The translations under genes and the position numbers were made by a program. Of a stretch of DNA of 64,000 bases, positions 8,340 through 18,320 are shown in pieces. Each line of letters opens with the position of its first letter. The first letter of the stretch is position 1. The DNA is taken from positions 34,728 to 98,727 of the forward strand of contig DASRFK010000085.1 in assembly GCA_035651635.1 (NCBI GenBank), read 5' to 3'. The notes beneath the pieces were generated by a model. It was not told where the DNA came from. It did not search any database and was given only the letters and a program-made list of their open reading frames with translations. Origin of the DNA: Verrucomicrobiia bacterium (lineage in GTDB: Bacteria; Verrucomicrobiota; Verrucomicrobiia; Limisphaerales; UBA8199).

Positions 8340-8420
8340 GCCAGCATCCATCGCCGTCGCTCATGGGGAATCAATCTAAAATCAAACTGGCGAATTTGCA
8401 GTCAAAGCTGAACTGCCTGA

Positions 8421-9581
8421 TTGCCTATGACTATTAGCCGAAGCCAAAGCGGTGCCCTGCACGTGAAGAGAGCTTCAGCAAGCCGTGGTTGGTCGATAGG
8501 CAGCCATTTCCTGGCGCTCGCCGCCTGCGCGTTGGCTCTGAGCATGAGTGTTTCCGCGCTGGCGCCCATGGTTTCTCACGAGACACTCTGGACGCAGAGT
8601 GGGCTGGCGACAGCAGTTTTCGCCATAGTTTTAGGAGTCTGCCTCTGGTGCAGCAGCCGGCTGAGGCGGCCCGTGCAGGACCTTGGGCGGGCGGTGAGCG
8701 AGGTCCTTAAAGGCCGATTGGATGCCCGCGTGCCTTCGCGGGGCAGCGCGCGCGAGCTCTTGCAACTCTCTGAAGAGTTTAACCGAATGATGGAAAGGCT
8801 TCAGCAAGCCGAGGCCGAACTGCAGAATGAGAAGGCCAAGCTTGAAGATCGCGTGGCGCGCCGCACTGCTGAATTAGCCGCTGCAAACCAGGCGCTGGAG
8901 TCCTTCGCCGACTCGGTCTCTCACGACTTGCGGGCTCCTGTGCGTCTGGTCAGCGCTTTCAGCGAGTTACTGGAACGGGAATCCAGCCGGCTTTCCGGCG
9001 AAGGTCAAAAACATTTACAAAGTATTCGTGGCGAAACACGCCGCATGAATGAAATGATCGATGCGATGCTGGAAATGTCACGGCTGGCTGGCAAACCACT
9101 GGTCAAAGCCCCGGTGAATTTAAGCGCAATGGCCGAGGACATCGCGGCCTCACTCCAGCAGAGTTCGCCGCAGCGCCAGGCCGACCTAATCATCCAGCCA
9201 GGGTTGGAAACCTCCGGCGACGAGCGGCTTCTGCGGTCAGTGCTGCAGAACCTGTTGGGCAACGCCTGGAAATTTACGCGCCATCAGCCGCGAGCTCACA
9301 TAGTGTTTGGTGCGGCGGAGCGCGACGGCGAGCGCGTCTTTTTCGTGCGCGATAACGGCGCTGGCTTTGACATGGCTGGCGCCGCTCAGCTCTTCACCGC
9401 CTTTCGCCGGCTTCACACTTCGGCCGAATTCGAAGGAGTTGGGATGGGTCTGGCCACGGTGCGACGGATCCTCGAACGGCACGGCGGCAAGGTTTGGGCC
9501 GAAGGTCAGCCTGGCAACGGCGCCACGTTTTACTTCACGCTTTCGAATCCATCATCCACAAAGACCGCGCCGGCACCATAA
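8421..9581 (+). CDS. membrane sensor histidine kinase (TM-HAMP-HisKA-HATPase)
   Basis: Two TM segments and a HAMP-like linker. H-box SFADSVSHDLRAPVR, N-box NLLGNAWKFT, G-boxes VRDNGAGFD and GVGMGLATV. No adjacent regulator. Confidence 0.9.
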   Translation: MPMTISRSQSGALHVKRASASRGWSIGSHFLALAACALALSMSVSALAPMVSHETLWTQSGLATAVFAIVLGVCLWCSSRLRRPVQDLGRAVSEVLKGRLDARVPSRGSARELLQLSEEFNRMMERLQQAEAELQNEKAKLEDRVARRTAELAAANQALESFADSVSHDLRAPVRLVSAFSELLERESSRLSGEGQKHLQSIRGETRRMNEMIDAMLEMSRLAGKPLVKAPVNLSAMAEDIAASLQQSSPQRQADLIIQPGLETSGDERLLRSVLQNLLGNAWKFTRHQPRAHIVFGAAERDGERVFFVRDNGAGFDMAGAAQLFTAFRRLHTSAEFEGVGMGLATVRRILERHGGKVWAEGQPGNGATFYFTLSNPSSTKTAPAP

Positions 9582-9692
9582 TCCGGTGTTCCCCGGGCAA
9601 ATGCTTGCCTGAAGACCGTGAGGCTTCCTCTTGGATTTGAGGATAGAACTCCGGTTCATTGGGTTTGCCGAGCTAAAGGATCCCGGCTCGAA

Positions 9693-9737
9693 CTGGACTA
9701 AGGTCCAGCCGAATTCGTGTCCCTCGTGTGCTAGTCT
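9693..9737 (+). promoter_or_regulatory. palindrome-promoter module, copy c (upstream of PRC-barrel operon)
   Basis: CTGGACTAAGGTCCAG (9693..9708), CGAATT (9710..9715), 16-nt spacer, TAGTCT (9732..9737). ATG at 9810. Confidence 0.6.
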
Positions 9738-9809
9738 AAACCGCTAGAAGGAGGAGCTAGCCGATGGCTGCTGCTCCAATGGAGATCAAAACTGAACCAA
9801 GGAAACGCA

Positions 9810-10376
9810 ATGAAATCAAAAAGACTCGAACAAATGGCGGTATATGTTGCAGCAGCGCTTTGCGCGCAGGTGTTAATAGCGGCTGATCAAACTGACCAGA
9901 CGCAGAGCCAACAGCCCGGTCAAACGAGGGACAGCGCCTCGCAAACGACGGGGGCCCCTGGTGATATCCGCGTCAGCAAGTTGAAAGGAGCGGATGTTAA
10001 GTCGAAGAGCGGCGAAGATCTAGGAAAGCTGGAGGACCTGGTATTGGATCGTCGCACCGGCCAGATAGCCTTCGCGATCATCGGCAAAGGCCGGCTGCTT
10101 GGCTTGGGCGAAAAGCCTCACGTCGTTCCCTGGCAGGAAGCAACCATTGATTCTGAAAAACAGGTGACCCTCAACATTGATAAACAGAAGATGCAATCGG
10201 GGCCCACGGTCAGCTCGGATTACTCAGAACTTAACAATCCAGACGCTGTCCTTGTGATCTATAAGTTCTACGAGGTCCAGCCTGCCGGCGGTCCTGGCAC
10301 GACCCCGGGAGGGACCCAAGAAGGCTCCGGCACAAGCAAGTCCGGCCAGCCAAACTCGGGCAGCTCGAACCCTTAA
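9810..10376 (+). CDS. secreted PRC-barrel domain protein
   Basis: Signal peptide MKSKRLEQMAVYVAAALCAQVLIAA. PRC-barrel-like core KLKGADVKSKSGEDLGKLEDLVLDRRTGQIAFAIIGKGRLLGLGEKPHVVPW. AAGGA Shine-Dalgarno before the ATG. Confidence 0.75.
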   Translation: MKSKRLEQMAVYVAAALCAQVLIAADQTDQTQSQQPGQTRDSASQTTGAPGDIRVSKLKGADVKSKSGEDLGKLEDLVLDRRTGQIAFAIIGKGRLLGLGEKPHVVPWQEATIDSEKQVTLNIDKQKMQSGPTVSSDYSELNNPDAVLVIYKFYEVQPAGGPGTTPGGTQEGSGTSKSGQPNSGSSNP

Positions 10377-10379
10377 CCA

Positions 10380-10709
10380 GTGCGCTCTGAGACCACCAGG
10401 GAGCCCGAGGCTGGGCAGGGCGCCGAAGCGACTCAGGGCGAGCGCCGGCGCCAACTGCAGCAGCTACTCGGCGGGCTGAAGCGCGAGCTTGCCGAACTGT
10501 CCAAGACCCATGAGGAGGAGGCCCAAAGCATCGCTGGGTTTGCCGACCTGGCAGCCCACGAGGCTTGTCGAAAAGATCAAGACCCTCGCCTGCTTAAGCT
10601 CGCCCTCGATGGTTTGGAAACTTCAATCGAGCAATTCGAGGCCTCTCACCCCCGGCTCGTCCAAATCGTTGGTGCCATCGCCCACACGCTTGCGAGCCTG
10701 GGGATCTGA
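10380..10709 (+). CDS. small helical protein, DUF4404-like
   Basis: GTG start 4 nt after the upstream stop. The C-terminal ...FEASHPRLVQIVGAIAHTLASLGI matches the characteristic end of DUF4404-type proteins (recognition from memory). Confidence 0.5.
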   Translation: MRSETTREPEAGQGAEATQGERRRQLQQLLGGLKRELAELSKTHEEEAQSIAGFADLAAHEACRKDQDPRLLKLALDGLETSIEQFEASHPRLVQIVGAIAHTLASLGI

Positions 10710-10748
10710 CTTTAAGACCCAAGAAATGGTTGGCCCGCGGGCCCTGGG

Positions 10749-10754
10749 TATAAT
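10749..10754 (+). promoter_or_regulatory. possible internal sigma70 -10 box (perfect TATAAT)
   Basis: GGGTATAATCC lies 22 nt upstream of ATG 10776. No good -35 box. Confidence 0.3.
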
Positions 10755-10775
10755 CCCGTGAATAAGGATGGGGCT

Positions 10776-11501
10776 ATGAAAAGATGGACTCTACTAATCG
10801 TGATCTTCATCGGTGTAATCTTGGCGCTGCCTTGCGCAAACGGGGCTCCAGAGCAGGATCCAGCACGCTCGGCTCTGGCATCCGGGTCAGAACCGGGAAA
10901 CCTGAGCCACGACCAGCCAAAGGCGACCGAAGACCTACGACACAACACTTCCACCGAGTACGAAGGAAGCCGGGCACGGCTGCAACACGCCCGAGACGTC
11001 TTGCACCAGGCCACTGACGACGCCGTGCAAGGTCTACAGCAACAGCTCAAGAAAGCACAAAACCAACTCGACGCGCTGGCTGCGCGGCTGGAGGAAGCGG
11101 CTCGTTCGGCTCCTGATAAAACCGCCACCGCCGCTCGCCAGGCCGAGGAGAGTATTGGCTTGCGGGCGCGCCGGATCGAAGCGCGAGCCCTGCTTCTGCA
11201 CGCGAAGGCCAAGGCGACTCTGGCCGTACGCGCGGCCTCCAAATATGATTTTCCACGCGCCGAGCAACGGCTCGCCGAGGCCACCGAACTCCTTCGCCGG
11301 GCGCGCGCCACTTTATATGACGATCACGCCTACGACGATCAAATGGACGACATGGAGGCGGCGCTTCATCAAGCCGGCGCTGCCGTCAAGGAGAAGGCCA
11401 AGGACGCTCTGACGACAATCCAGAAGGTGGTGTCAGAGAGCGACCGGATCGTCGGCAGTCTTGAATCCAGCGAAGCAAAAGCCGTCATCCGAGGGGTGTG
11501 A
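10776..11501 (+). CDS. exported Ala/Gln-rich helical protein, unknown function
   Basis: Start moved to ATG 10776 (MKRWTLLIVIFIGVILALPCANG, signal or lipobox-like). The remainder is a low-complexity helical sequence (apolipoprotein/LEA-like composition). Confidence 0.6.
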   Translation: MKRWTLLIVIFIGVILALPCANGAPEQDPARSALASGSEPGNLSHDQPKATEDLRHNTSTEYEGSRARLQHARDVLHQATDDAVQGLQQQLKKAQNQLDALAARLEEAARSAPDKTATAARQAEESIGLRARRIEARALLLHAKAKATLAVRAASKYDFPRAEQRLAEATELLRRARATLYDDHAYDDQMDDMEAALHQAGAAVKEKAKDALTTIQKVVSESDRIVGSLESSEAKAVIRGV

Positions 11502-11537
11502 TGTTGTGGGCAAACGAGGTGGGCCTTAGGGCTTAGG

Positions 11538-12332
11538 TCATTTGATCTTGACCCTGGAAAGAGCCAGCTTTGGCTTGGGCCACTGTAATTTGAGCTTCTC
11601 CAGGGCGCGGACGACGCTCCGCGCGATGACGTAGTTCCGAAACCATTTATGATTGGCGGGCACCACGTTCCATGGCGCCCAAACAGGGCCGCACCGGTTG
11701 ATGGCGTCTTCGTAAGCTTCCTGGAATTCGTCCCAGTGTGCGCGCATTTTGAGATCGTTCAGATCCAACTTCCAGTTCTTGGACGGATCACGAATTCGGG
11801 CTTCCAGGCGCTTCTTCTGCTCCTCCTTGCCGATGTGAAGGAAGAATTTTAGCAAGATGATATTGTTCTCCGTAAGCGACTTTTCGAACGCGTTAATCTG
11901 GTCATAGCGCGCAGTCCAGACTTCGCGTGGCTCAAGTTCCAGCACGCGCACGACCAGGACATCTTCGTAATGAGAACGGTTAAAAACGCCAATCATTCCC
12001 CGGCGCGGTTCGGCTTTGTGAATCCGCCACAGAAAATCATGGGCTCGTTCCTCGGCGGTCGGGACTTTGAAATAGGTTACTTGAACGCCGGCCGGGTTCA
12101 AATGCTGCAACACCGCTCGGGTGGCCCCATCCTTGCCGCTGGTGTCCATTCCCTGCAAAACCAGCAGCACGGCGTTGGTACTGTTCGCAAAAAGGCGTTG
12201 CTGCAACTGGCTGATGCGCAGGCAAAGCTTGTCGGTTTTCTGTCGCGTTTTCTCTTTGTCCAAACCCTCGTGGTAATCGGGATCGAAGTCTCGCAACTGG
12301 ATTTTGGAAGTTATCCTGATGGGTTGCGCCAT
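11538..12332 (-). CDS. ppk2: polyphosphate kinase 2 family (polyphosphate:nucleotide phosphotransferase)
   Basis: 264 aa. Walker-A-like LVLQGMDTSGKDG, FKVPTAEERAHDFLWRIHK, GVFNRSHYEDVLVVRV, lid region KNWKLDLNDL. Confidence 0.85.
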   Translation of the reverse strand: MAQPIRITSKIQLRDFDPDYHEGLDKEKTRQKTDKLCLRISQLQQRLFANSTNAVLLVLQGMDTSGKDGATRAVLQHLNPAGVQVTYFKVPTAEERAHDFLWRIHKAEPRRGMIGVFNRSHYEDVLVVRVLELEPREVWTARYDQINAFEKSLTENNIILLKFFLHIGKEEQKKRLEARIRDPSKNWKLDLNDLKMRAHWDEFQEAYEDAINRCGPVWAPWNVVPANHKWFRNYVIARSVVRALEKLKLQWPKPKLALSRVKIK

Positions 12333-12415
12333 GGGTCTAGTTTGTGCTCCCCGGATGGGCTGGTGTGATGTTTTTCATGTGCCAACTCCGCGATGCGAAC
12401 CGTCTCTGATGGAGC

Positions 12416-13426
12416 CTATGCCGCTTTCTTTCGCTGAGATTCGTCAGGCGCGTTCTGGGCCGTTGGTTCTGGCATCAGATCTTGAAGACGTTGTGGTTCT
12501 TCTCCCAGCCACGCTGGATTCTGCGCTGTGCTATCGAAGATCGAGGAGGTCTTGAAAGGTTCAAATTCGCCCCGGGCCGCTGCTCGCGCCGTCTTGGCCA
12601 GCAGGGCGTTGACCTGGGCATAGGTCATCGGTTCATAGGTGCGCGCGGCCTCGATGGCCTGGTCTAAAATATCCATTCGGTCGATGCCCGTGATGACTAC
12701 CGAAGTTGGCAAGTTCAGTGCGTAATGAAGACATTCGATGGGCGTGACAGCATTGGATCTCAGGATGATGCCGTTGGCCATCGGTTTCATTCCCAGCACG
12801 CCGATCTGCTCTCGGATCAAATCAGGCAAGACGAGCCGCTGAAAACTTCGGTAGTGAGCGTCCATGACGTTGAGCGGCATTTGAACTGTTGCAAAACGAA
12901 AGCCATGCTCCTGCGCCACCTCGAGCATGTGCAGGTGGATCTGTGGATCTTTGTGCCCGGTGAAGCCTATGTAACGGATTTTGCCAGCCTGCTGCGCTTC
13001 GACCAGTGCTGCGTTGGCGCCTTCCTGCTCGAAGATGCGATGCGGATCTTCGAAACGGATAATCTCATGGTGCTGAACCAAATCAATGCAGTCTGTCTGC
13101 AGTCGCCGGAGGGATTCTTCCAACTGCCGGGAAGCTGCTTTTTTGGAACGTCCGTCAATTTTGGTCATCAGGAAGACCTTGCCCCGGTAACCCTCGCGCA
13201 ACGCTTTGCCCATCCGCACTTCACTGAGGCCGTCATTGTAATCCCAGGCGTTGTCCATGAAGTTGATGCCGCGGTCGATGGCGCTGCGAAGGAGTCGCAA
13301 ACTCAATTGCTCGTCCACGTGCTTTAGTCCCAGATGCCACCCTCCCACTCCAATAGCGGATACCCTCTGCCCGGTGCTGCCGAGAGTCCGGTAGATCATT
13401 TCCGAGTGTCTTGGTCGATCCCCCAT
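12416..13426 (-). CDS. aldo/keto reductase
   Basis: Start moved to ATG 13426 (GGAGAG Shine-Dalgarno 8 nt upstream). Motifs: YRTLGSTGQRVSAIGVGGWHLG, DNAWDYNDGLSEVRMGKAL, IDLVQHHE, IGFTGHKDP. Confidence 0.85.
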   Translation of the reverse strand: MGDRPRHSEMIYRTLGSTGQRVSAIGVGGWHLGLKHVDEQLSLRLLRSAIDRGINFMDNAWDYNDGLSEVRMGKALREGYRGKVFLMTKIDGRSKKAASRQLEESLRRLQTDCIDLVQHHEIIRFEDPHRIFEQEGANAALVEAQQAGKIRYIGFTGHKDPQIHLHMLEVAQEHGFRFATVQMPLNVMDAHYRSFQRLVLPDLIREQIGVLGMKPMANGIILRSNAVTPIECLHYALNLPTSVVITGIDRMDILDQAIEAARTYEPMTYAQVNALLAKTARAAARGEFEPFKTSSIFDSTAQNPAWLGEEPQRLQDLMPEPTAQNAPDESQRKKAA

Positions 13427-13549
13427 TTTGAAATTCTCTCCGTTACCTTTGAACTCTCCTTCCACAGCTTCTGTTCTGACCGTAATGCACACTTGGTCGA
13501 AATCAAGTGACGCAAGCAAGAAAAAGCTCCACGACAGGCCCTAATCGCA

Positions 13550-13593
13550 CTGGACCAAAGGCTAGTCGAATTCGCGGCCCAGGAGGGTAAAAT
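13550..13593 (+). promoter_or_regulatory. palindrome-promoter module, copy d (degenerate right half)
   Basis: CTGGACCAAAGGCTAG (13550..13565), CGAATT (13567..13572), 15-nt spacer, TAAAAT (13588..13593). ATG at 13650. Confidence 0.5.
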
Positions 13594-13649
13594 GGACAGT
13601 TGGTACCATTGGAGGATCAGCAGCGGGAGGGCCCTTTGGAGAGAAAAAC

Positions 13650-14312
13650 ATGAATCTCATTTTCAGGCATCGGCAGGCTGCCGTTCCTTCCCTCGCTATC
13701 GTCATTCTGGCCCTTACAGGCTGCGTTAGTCATAACAGGGCGGGCCTCCAGCCAGCCATGACAGATGACGCAGCCGATCTGCGCACACTCGTCGCCGGCT
13801 CACTGAACTCTATTCAACCCACAACCCTTACGCTGGAGGCGCTGGGCAAGCCAACCGGGTCGTGCCTACGGGAGGGTTTCACTCAACTCGCAAGCGATGT
13901 CGATCGAATGCAGGTGGACTCGCTCAGATTCCGTGCGCACGCCCAGGCAATGCGGTCGCGAGGGGGCGCGTACTTCGATGAGTGGCAACGGCACTCAGCC
14001 ATGGCCATGGATCCAGCGGCAGCAAACTTGGCCCCGGATCGTCAACGATTGTTGCAGCAAAGCTTTGATGCCATTCAACGGCAGTCCCAACAAGCGGGTG
14101 AAGCGTTGACAGCGTTCTTTTCGGACGTTCGAATATTACGCCGTGTCTTGGAAAACGCCCCCGGCGCAAGCGTCCCCGACTCGACAAAGGAATTAATAAG
14201 ACAGGCCGAGGAGAAAGGCTGGCGGGCGCAAAGGGTTCTTGAAAGCATTGACCGCGAATTAGCCGCCGGGGGTGCAAGCCCGACACCGGCGAAAGGTCGG
14301 GTCCAACAATAG
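13650..14312 (+). CDS. lipoprotein, unknown function (possibly DUF2959-like)
   Basis: Lipobox VILALTGC, helical remainder, GGAGAG Shine-Dalgarno. Family assignment is tentative. Confidence 0.6.
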   Translation: MNLIFRHRQAAVPSLAIVILALTGCVSHNRAGLQPAMTDDAADLRTLVAGSLNSIQPTTLTLEALGKPTGSCLREGFTQLASDVDRMQVDSLRFRAHAQAMRSRGGAYFDEWQRHSAMAMDPAAANLAPDRQRLLQQSFDAIQRQSQQAGEALTAFFSDVRILRRVLENAPGASVPDSTKELIRQAEEKGWRAQRVLESIDRELAAGGASPTPAKGRVQQ

Positions 14313-14313
14313 C

Positions 14314-14823
14314 ATGAGATCGCTCACGCCAAGATGTGTCCTGGTCATCGTGCCGCGTCTCTTAGCCAGCCTGACGGCAGCGGCGATCCTCCGCGCGCAA
14401 TCTCCCTTTGCGTACCCAGTGGTGCCTGAGGTTTCGCCGCCGACCACGCCAACCGCTCAACGTCACGCCTTAAGCGTTGTCCGGTCGGAGGTCAATTGGT
14501 TGCGCAACGCCTGCCGGACCGCTTCCAATTTCACCACAGGAAATTATGATCTAATCCTGCACCAATTTCAGAAGACACGGGAGGCGTACGCCGCGTTCAA
14601 AGCGACGCTCACCCCGGATCAATTGAACTCGGTGGCCAACGAACTTGCGGAGTTGGATGCCGGACTCGACCTCCTCCAAGAGGCCTTTGCTGAATATCAG
14701 ACGGATGTGTCGGCTGGCCGCACGCGCAATGCCGCATTCCAAAGCATGTGCCACGTGCTGGATAAAGCGGCCGGCCTCTGGCTTGAGGAACTCAATAAAC
14801 TCGCTAAAAGGCTGCGACTTTGA
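14314..14823 (+). CDS. secreted helical protein, unknown function
   Basis: Start moved to ATG 14314 (MRSLTPRCVLVIVPRLLASLTAAAILRAQS signal peptide), 2 nt after the upstream stop. Confidence 0.55.
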   Translation: MRSLTPRCVLVIVPRLLASLTAAAILRAQSPFAYPVVPEVSPPTTPTAQRHALSVVRSEVNWLRNACRTASNFTTGNYDLILHQFQKTREAYAAFKATLTPDQLNSVANELAELDAGLDLLQEAFAEYQTDVSAGRTRNAAFQSMCHVLDKAAGLWLEELNKLAKRLRL

Positions 14824-14926
14824 CTCCGGAGAGACTACCCACGCTATCACGAGGCGGTCCACTGGTCCGCACTTCGGATCCAGTGCGAGTAAACCCCACC
14901 CGGTTCGTTCAGCGTGGTTGCACCGC

Positions 14927-17446
14927 TCACCTCTCACTATCAAGACAGCGCCTCAAAATCTCTAACAGTTCCTGCGGAGGGCAAGGCTTTTGGATGAAAT
15001 GCTCCCCCGGTTGCAGCGCAAGTCCGCGTTTTACGATTTCTGCGCTATAACCACTGGTAAATATGACCTTCAGGCGCCCGGGGTTGTCCCCCTGCAATCG
15101 CCGCGCAAGTTGCTGGCCCGTCATTCCCCCCGGCATTACCAAATCCGTCAGCAAGAGGGCAACTTCTCCTTGGTGTTCCTGCCAGATTGCGATGGCCTCC
15201 TCGCCATTGCAGGCTTCTAAAGTGCGGTAACCATGCCGTTCGAGCGTTCTCTTGGTCAGGACGCGCACGGTGGGTTCATCTTCCACCAGGAGGATGGTTT
15301 CAGTACCTCCGATGGATTTGGGGCTTTTAGCGGCGCCTCCGGGTTGAGCCGAGGTCGCCTCGCTGAGGGGGAGGAGGATGTCGAATCTCGCACCGCCAGT
15401 GGGGTTGTTAGCAACCTCGATGAAACCTTGGTGCTGTTTCACAATTCCAAAGACCGTCGCCAAACCCAACCCCGTCCCCTTGCCCGACTCCTTAGTCGTG
15501 AAAAACGGCTCGAAGATATGCGGCAGCACCTGCGGGGGAATCCCTGTCCCGCTGTCACTCACACTCAAGCAGGCGTAGCGTCCAGGCCGAGTGTCAGGAT
15601 GCAGGCGCACGAATTCCTCGTCCAATTCCCTCTCGGACGTCTCGATCAGCAATCGGCCGCCGCCTGGCATGGCATCGCGAGCATTTACCGAGAGATTCAT
15701 CACTACTTGATCGAGCATGCCCGCATCCGCCTGCGTCATAAGAGGCGTCGGATGCAGGTGGAGTTGCAATCGCACGTCCTCGCCGATGATCCGTTGCAGC
15801 ATCTTGGCCAGGCTCGTGACCACTTCATTTGCGTCCAGCAACCGGGGCTGCATCACCTGACGGCGGCTGAACAGAAGCAACTGTCGAGTCAGGTTGGCCG
15901 CTCGCTGGGAGTAGCTCCGGATTTGCTGTAGACCCTCACGCACATCCTCAGGCAGGTCCGTCGAAAGCAATGAAAGCTCAGACTGCATTATCATCGCGGT
16001 CAGAATATTGTTGAAATCATGAGCGACTCCACCAGCCAACTGTCCGATTGCCTCCATTTTCTGCGCCTGTCGGAACTGCTCCTCCAGGCACTTGCGTTCC
16101 GTGACATCCTGAGCCGTGCCGACGTAATGCGTGACTTTGCCTTCGGCGTTTCGCAGAGGAAATCCACGGTCCAGGATCCACCGAAGCGCTCCGTCTGGTC
16201 GAACGATCCGGTACTCATGTTCAAAGCGCTTTCCGTCTCTCCGTGAATCCAGCACGGCCAGCACCCGTTGGCGGTCGTCCTCATGTATAGCTTTGACGAA
16301 GGACCTTGGGTTCCGGCGCAGACTCTCGGTTGAGCATCCCCAAATTCGTTCGTACGCCGGGCTGACGTAAACCATCGTTTCGACCGCTACATCTGACATC
16401 CAGAACGCCTCGTCGATGGTCTCCGTGATAAGTCGAAGGCGCTCTTCACTTGCCCGCAACGCCGCCTCGGATTCCTTTCGCTCCGTAATATCCTCGGCAA
16501 CTCCGGCGACACGATAAAACTCGCCAGCGTCATTTCGAACGGGAAAGGATCGGGCCAGAATCCAGCGAACCGAGCCGTCAGGGCGCGAAATCCGATATTG
16601 CACTTCGGTTTCACGGCCTTGCTTCTTGGCCGCGATTGCCGCCATTAACTGATCGCGATCTTCAGGATGCGCCGCCTCGGCGAACGAAGCCGGTCGTTCG
16701 TAAAGTGTCGAACAAGGCCGACCCCATATCTGCTCGTAAGCCGGGCTGACATAAAGAACCTGCGTCATGTCCTTGTTGCACATCCAGAACACCTTATCAA
16801 TGCGGTCCGCCATCTGCCGGAAACGTTCCTCGCTTTCCCCGAGTCGCTCCTCCGCCCGCTCGCGCTCGGTGATGTCCTCGCCGATGCTTGCGGTGCCAAT
16901 GACCTCGCTGGACACCGAGCGCAGCACCGAGTTGTTCCACCGAATCAAACGCCGTCCGCCTGCCTTTGTGAGTATCTCGTTTTCATGGTGCCACGCGTCG
17001 GGCAGGTCTTTCAGGAGGTTTTCAAACACGTCTTTAAGATCGGCGATGTCGCTGGGAATAAACAAATCAAGCCAGCTCTGTCCAATAACCTCCTCGCGAG
17101 ACCAGCCAGTGAGCGTTAATAAGTAATCGTTGCAGTAAGTGATGTGCCCTCGGACATCCAGCATCAAAGATATCAGCTTGATCCGGCTCATCATGTCGCG
17201 AAAGAGTCTCTCGCTCTCACGCAGTGCAGCCTCTGCCCGCTGCCGCTCCGCAATCTCCGTCCGCAATGCCTCGCTCACACTTCCCCGTCCCTCGCTCTCC
17301 GACTCCGGTCGCGAGGCCCCGCGAACGCAACTCTGTCCATCACAGCAAAGGGTGGTATCTCCGGTCGGGCTCCCCGGCGAACCCGCAAATTTGCTGGCGT
17401 CCTGGTCGAGGCGTATAATGTCGCTATCTTTCATGGCGTGTATCAA
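14927..17446 (-). CDS. hybrid sensor histidine kinase (multi-PAS, HisKA, HATPase, C-terminal receiver)
   Basis: 839 aa with 4 PAS/PAC-like repeats. H-box GGVAHDFNNILT. HATPase motifs NLSVNARDAM, DSGTGI, GTGLGLATV. Receiver ILLVEDEPTVR...LLLTDLVMPGGMTG...SGY. Confidence 0.9.
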   Translation of the reverse strand: MIHAMKDSDIIRLDQDASKFAGSPGSPTGDTTLCCDGQSCVRGASRPESESEGRGSVSEALRTEIAERQRAEAALRESERLFRDMMSRIKLISLMLDVRGHITYCNDYLLTLTGWSREEVIGQSWLDLFIPSDIADLKDVFENLLKDLPDAWHHENEILTKAGGRRLIRWNNSVLRSVSSEVIGTASIGEDITERERAEERLGESEERFRQMADRIDKVFWMCNKDMTQVLYVSPAYEQIWGRPCSTLYERPASFAEAAHPEDRDQLMAAIAAKKQGRETEVQYRISRPDGSVRWILARSFPVRNDAGEFYRVAGVAEDITERKESEAALRASEERLRLITETIDEAFWMSDVAVETMVYVSPAYERIWGCSTESLRRNPRSFVKAIHEDDRQRVLAVLDSRRDGKRFEHEYRIVRPDGALRWILDRGFPLRNAEGKVTHYVGTAQDVTERKCLEEQFRQAQKMEAIGQLAGGVAHDFNNILTAMIMQSELSLLSTDLPEDVREGLQQIRSYSQRAANLTRQLLLFSRRQVMQPRLLDANEVVTSLAKMLQRIIGEDVRLQLHLHPTPLMTQADAGMLDQVVMNLSVNARDAMPGGGRLLIETSERELDEEFVRLHPDTRPGRYACLSVSDSGTGIPPQVLPHIFEPFFTTKESGKGTGLGLATVFGIVKQHQGFIEVANNPTGGARFDILLPLSEATSAQPGGAAKSPKSIGGTETILLVEDEPTVRVLTKRTLERHGYRTLEACNGEEAIAIWQEHQGEVALLLTDLVMPGGMTGQQLARRLQGDNPGRLKVIFTSGYSAEIVKRGLALQPGEHFIQKPCPPQELLEILRRCLDSER

Positions 17447-17633
17447 AGTCCAGAGCGCGTCCGCCCCAATCGGCCATTCGCAACGGCCATTTGCTTGTCA
17501 GTAGCAATAAACCAGCCCTTGGGGTCTTCGCTCACCAGAAGTTGCCATTTATTGCGCAAGAATTGACCAGCTATTTGGCAATGGCTCGTGGTGCCGGTGG
17601 GCCGACACATCCACACTCTGCCGGCTCTCCTTA

Positions 17634-17679
17634 CACGACCAAGGTCCAGTAGCGTCTTGGCGCTCGCGGAGGGTAGAAT
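17634..17679 (+). promoter_or_regulatory. palindrome-promoter module, copy e (upstream of HPF-like gene)
   Basis: CACGACCAAGGTCCAG (17634..17649), -35 position AGCGTC, 17-nt spacer, TAGAAT (17674..17679). ATG at 17802. Confidence 0.5.
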
Positions 17680-17801
17680 AATGGGCGAGAAGACACATCC
17701 CGCAAAGAGAGCGGTGAAGAGTAAAGGAAACCATTGACCTCGAAAATCCGAAACCGATCGCTCGGCGTTTTGTGGCCCGAGCACAAAAGGAGAAACCAAG
17801 T

Positions 17802-18206
17802 ATGATAACAATAGCCTGGAACGTGGTGAATTTGAACTTTCACGCGAATGAATCCCTGCTGACGCATTTGCGTCAGAAGATCACAGAGCTCGAACCGTAC
17901 CTGGGTGGTTTTGCACAAGATACGGCGCATTTGCTCATCGAGCTGCGTCGCGACTTAAAGACGGATACCTACACCGCAGCTTTGTCCTTGCGTCTGGCCG
18001 ATAACATTTTGCGCAGCGAGCAATCGGCTAAATACGTGAAGCAGGCCTTTGATGAAGCTCTTAAAGGGCTTGTCAGCCAGCTCAAGTCTCAGAAATCTGC
18101 GGCGGGTCAACAACAAGCTCGGTTTTCTGATCAACCTATGGCCGAAGGCACCGGTCCACAGAACTACGAGGAACTCACGCGCCAGCACCAAAATGTACAC
18201 GCGTGA
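17802..18206 (+). CDS. HPF/RaiA-like (ribosomal S30AE / sigma54-modulation family) protein, short paralog of the N-terminal half of 27554..28612
   Basis: Start moved to ATG 17802 (AAGGAG Shine-Dalgarno). MITIAWNVVNLNFHANESLLTHLRQKITELEPYL...HLLIELRR...YTAALSLRL..NILRSEQSAKYVKQAFDEALKGLVSQLKSQKS follows the HPF pattern. Its C-terminal EGTGPQNYEEL matches AGTGPQNREDV of the fusion protein. Confidence 0.75.
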   Translation: MITIAWNVVNLNFHANESLLTHLRQKITELEPYLGGFAQDTAHLLIELRRDLKTDTYTAALSLRLADNILRSEQSAKYVKQAFDEALKGLVSQLKSQKSAAGQQQARFSDQPMAEGTGPQNYEELTRQHQNVHA

Positions 18207-18320
18207 TTGCTTAATATGCGCAAAGAAAACATCACATTGGAGCCTCAACCGGCGCCGAAATCGAAACACCGCCGCGTCCTCGCCGATCTTGAAAGAGATG
18301 AGCTCGAAACCAAAACCACA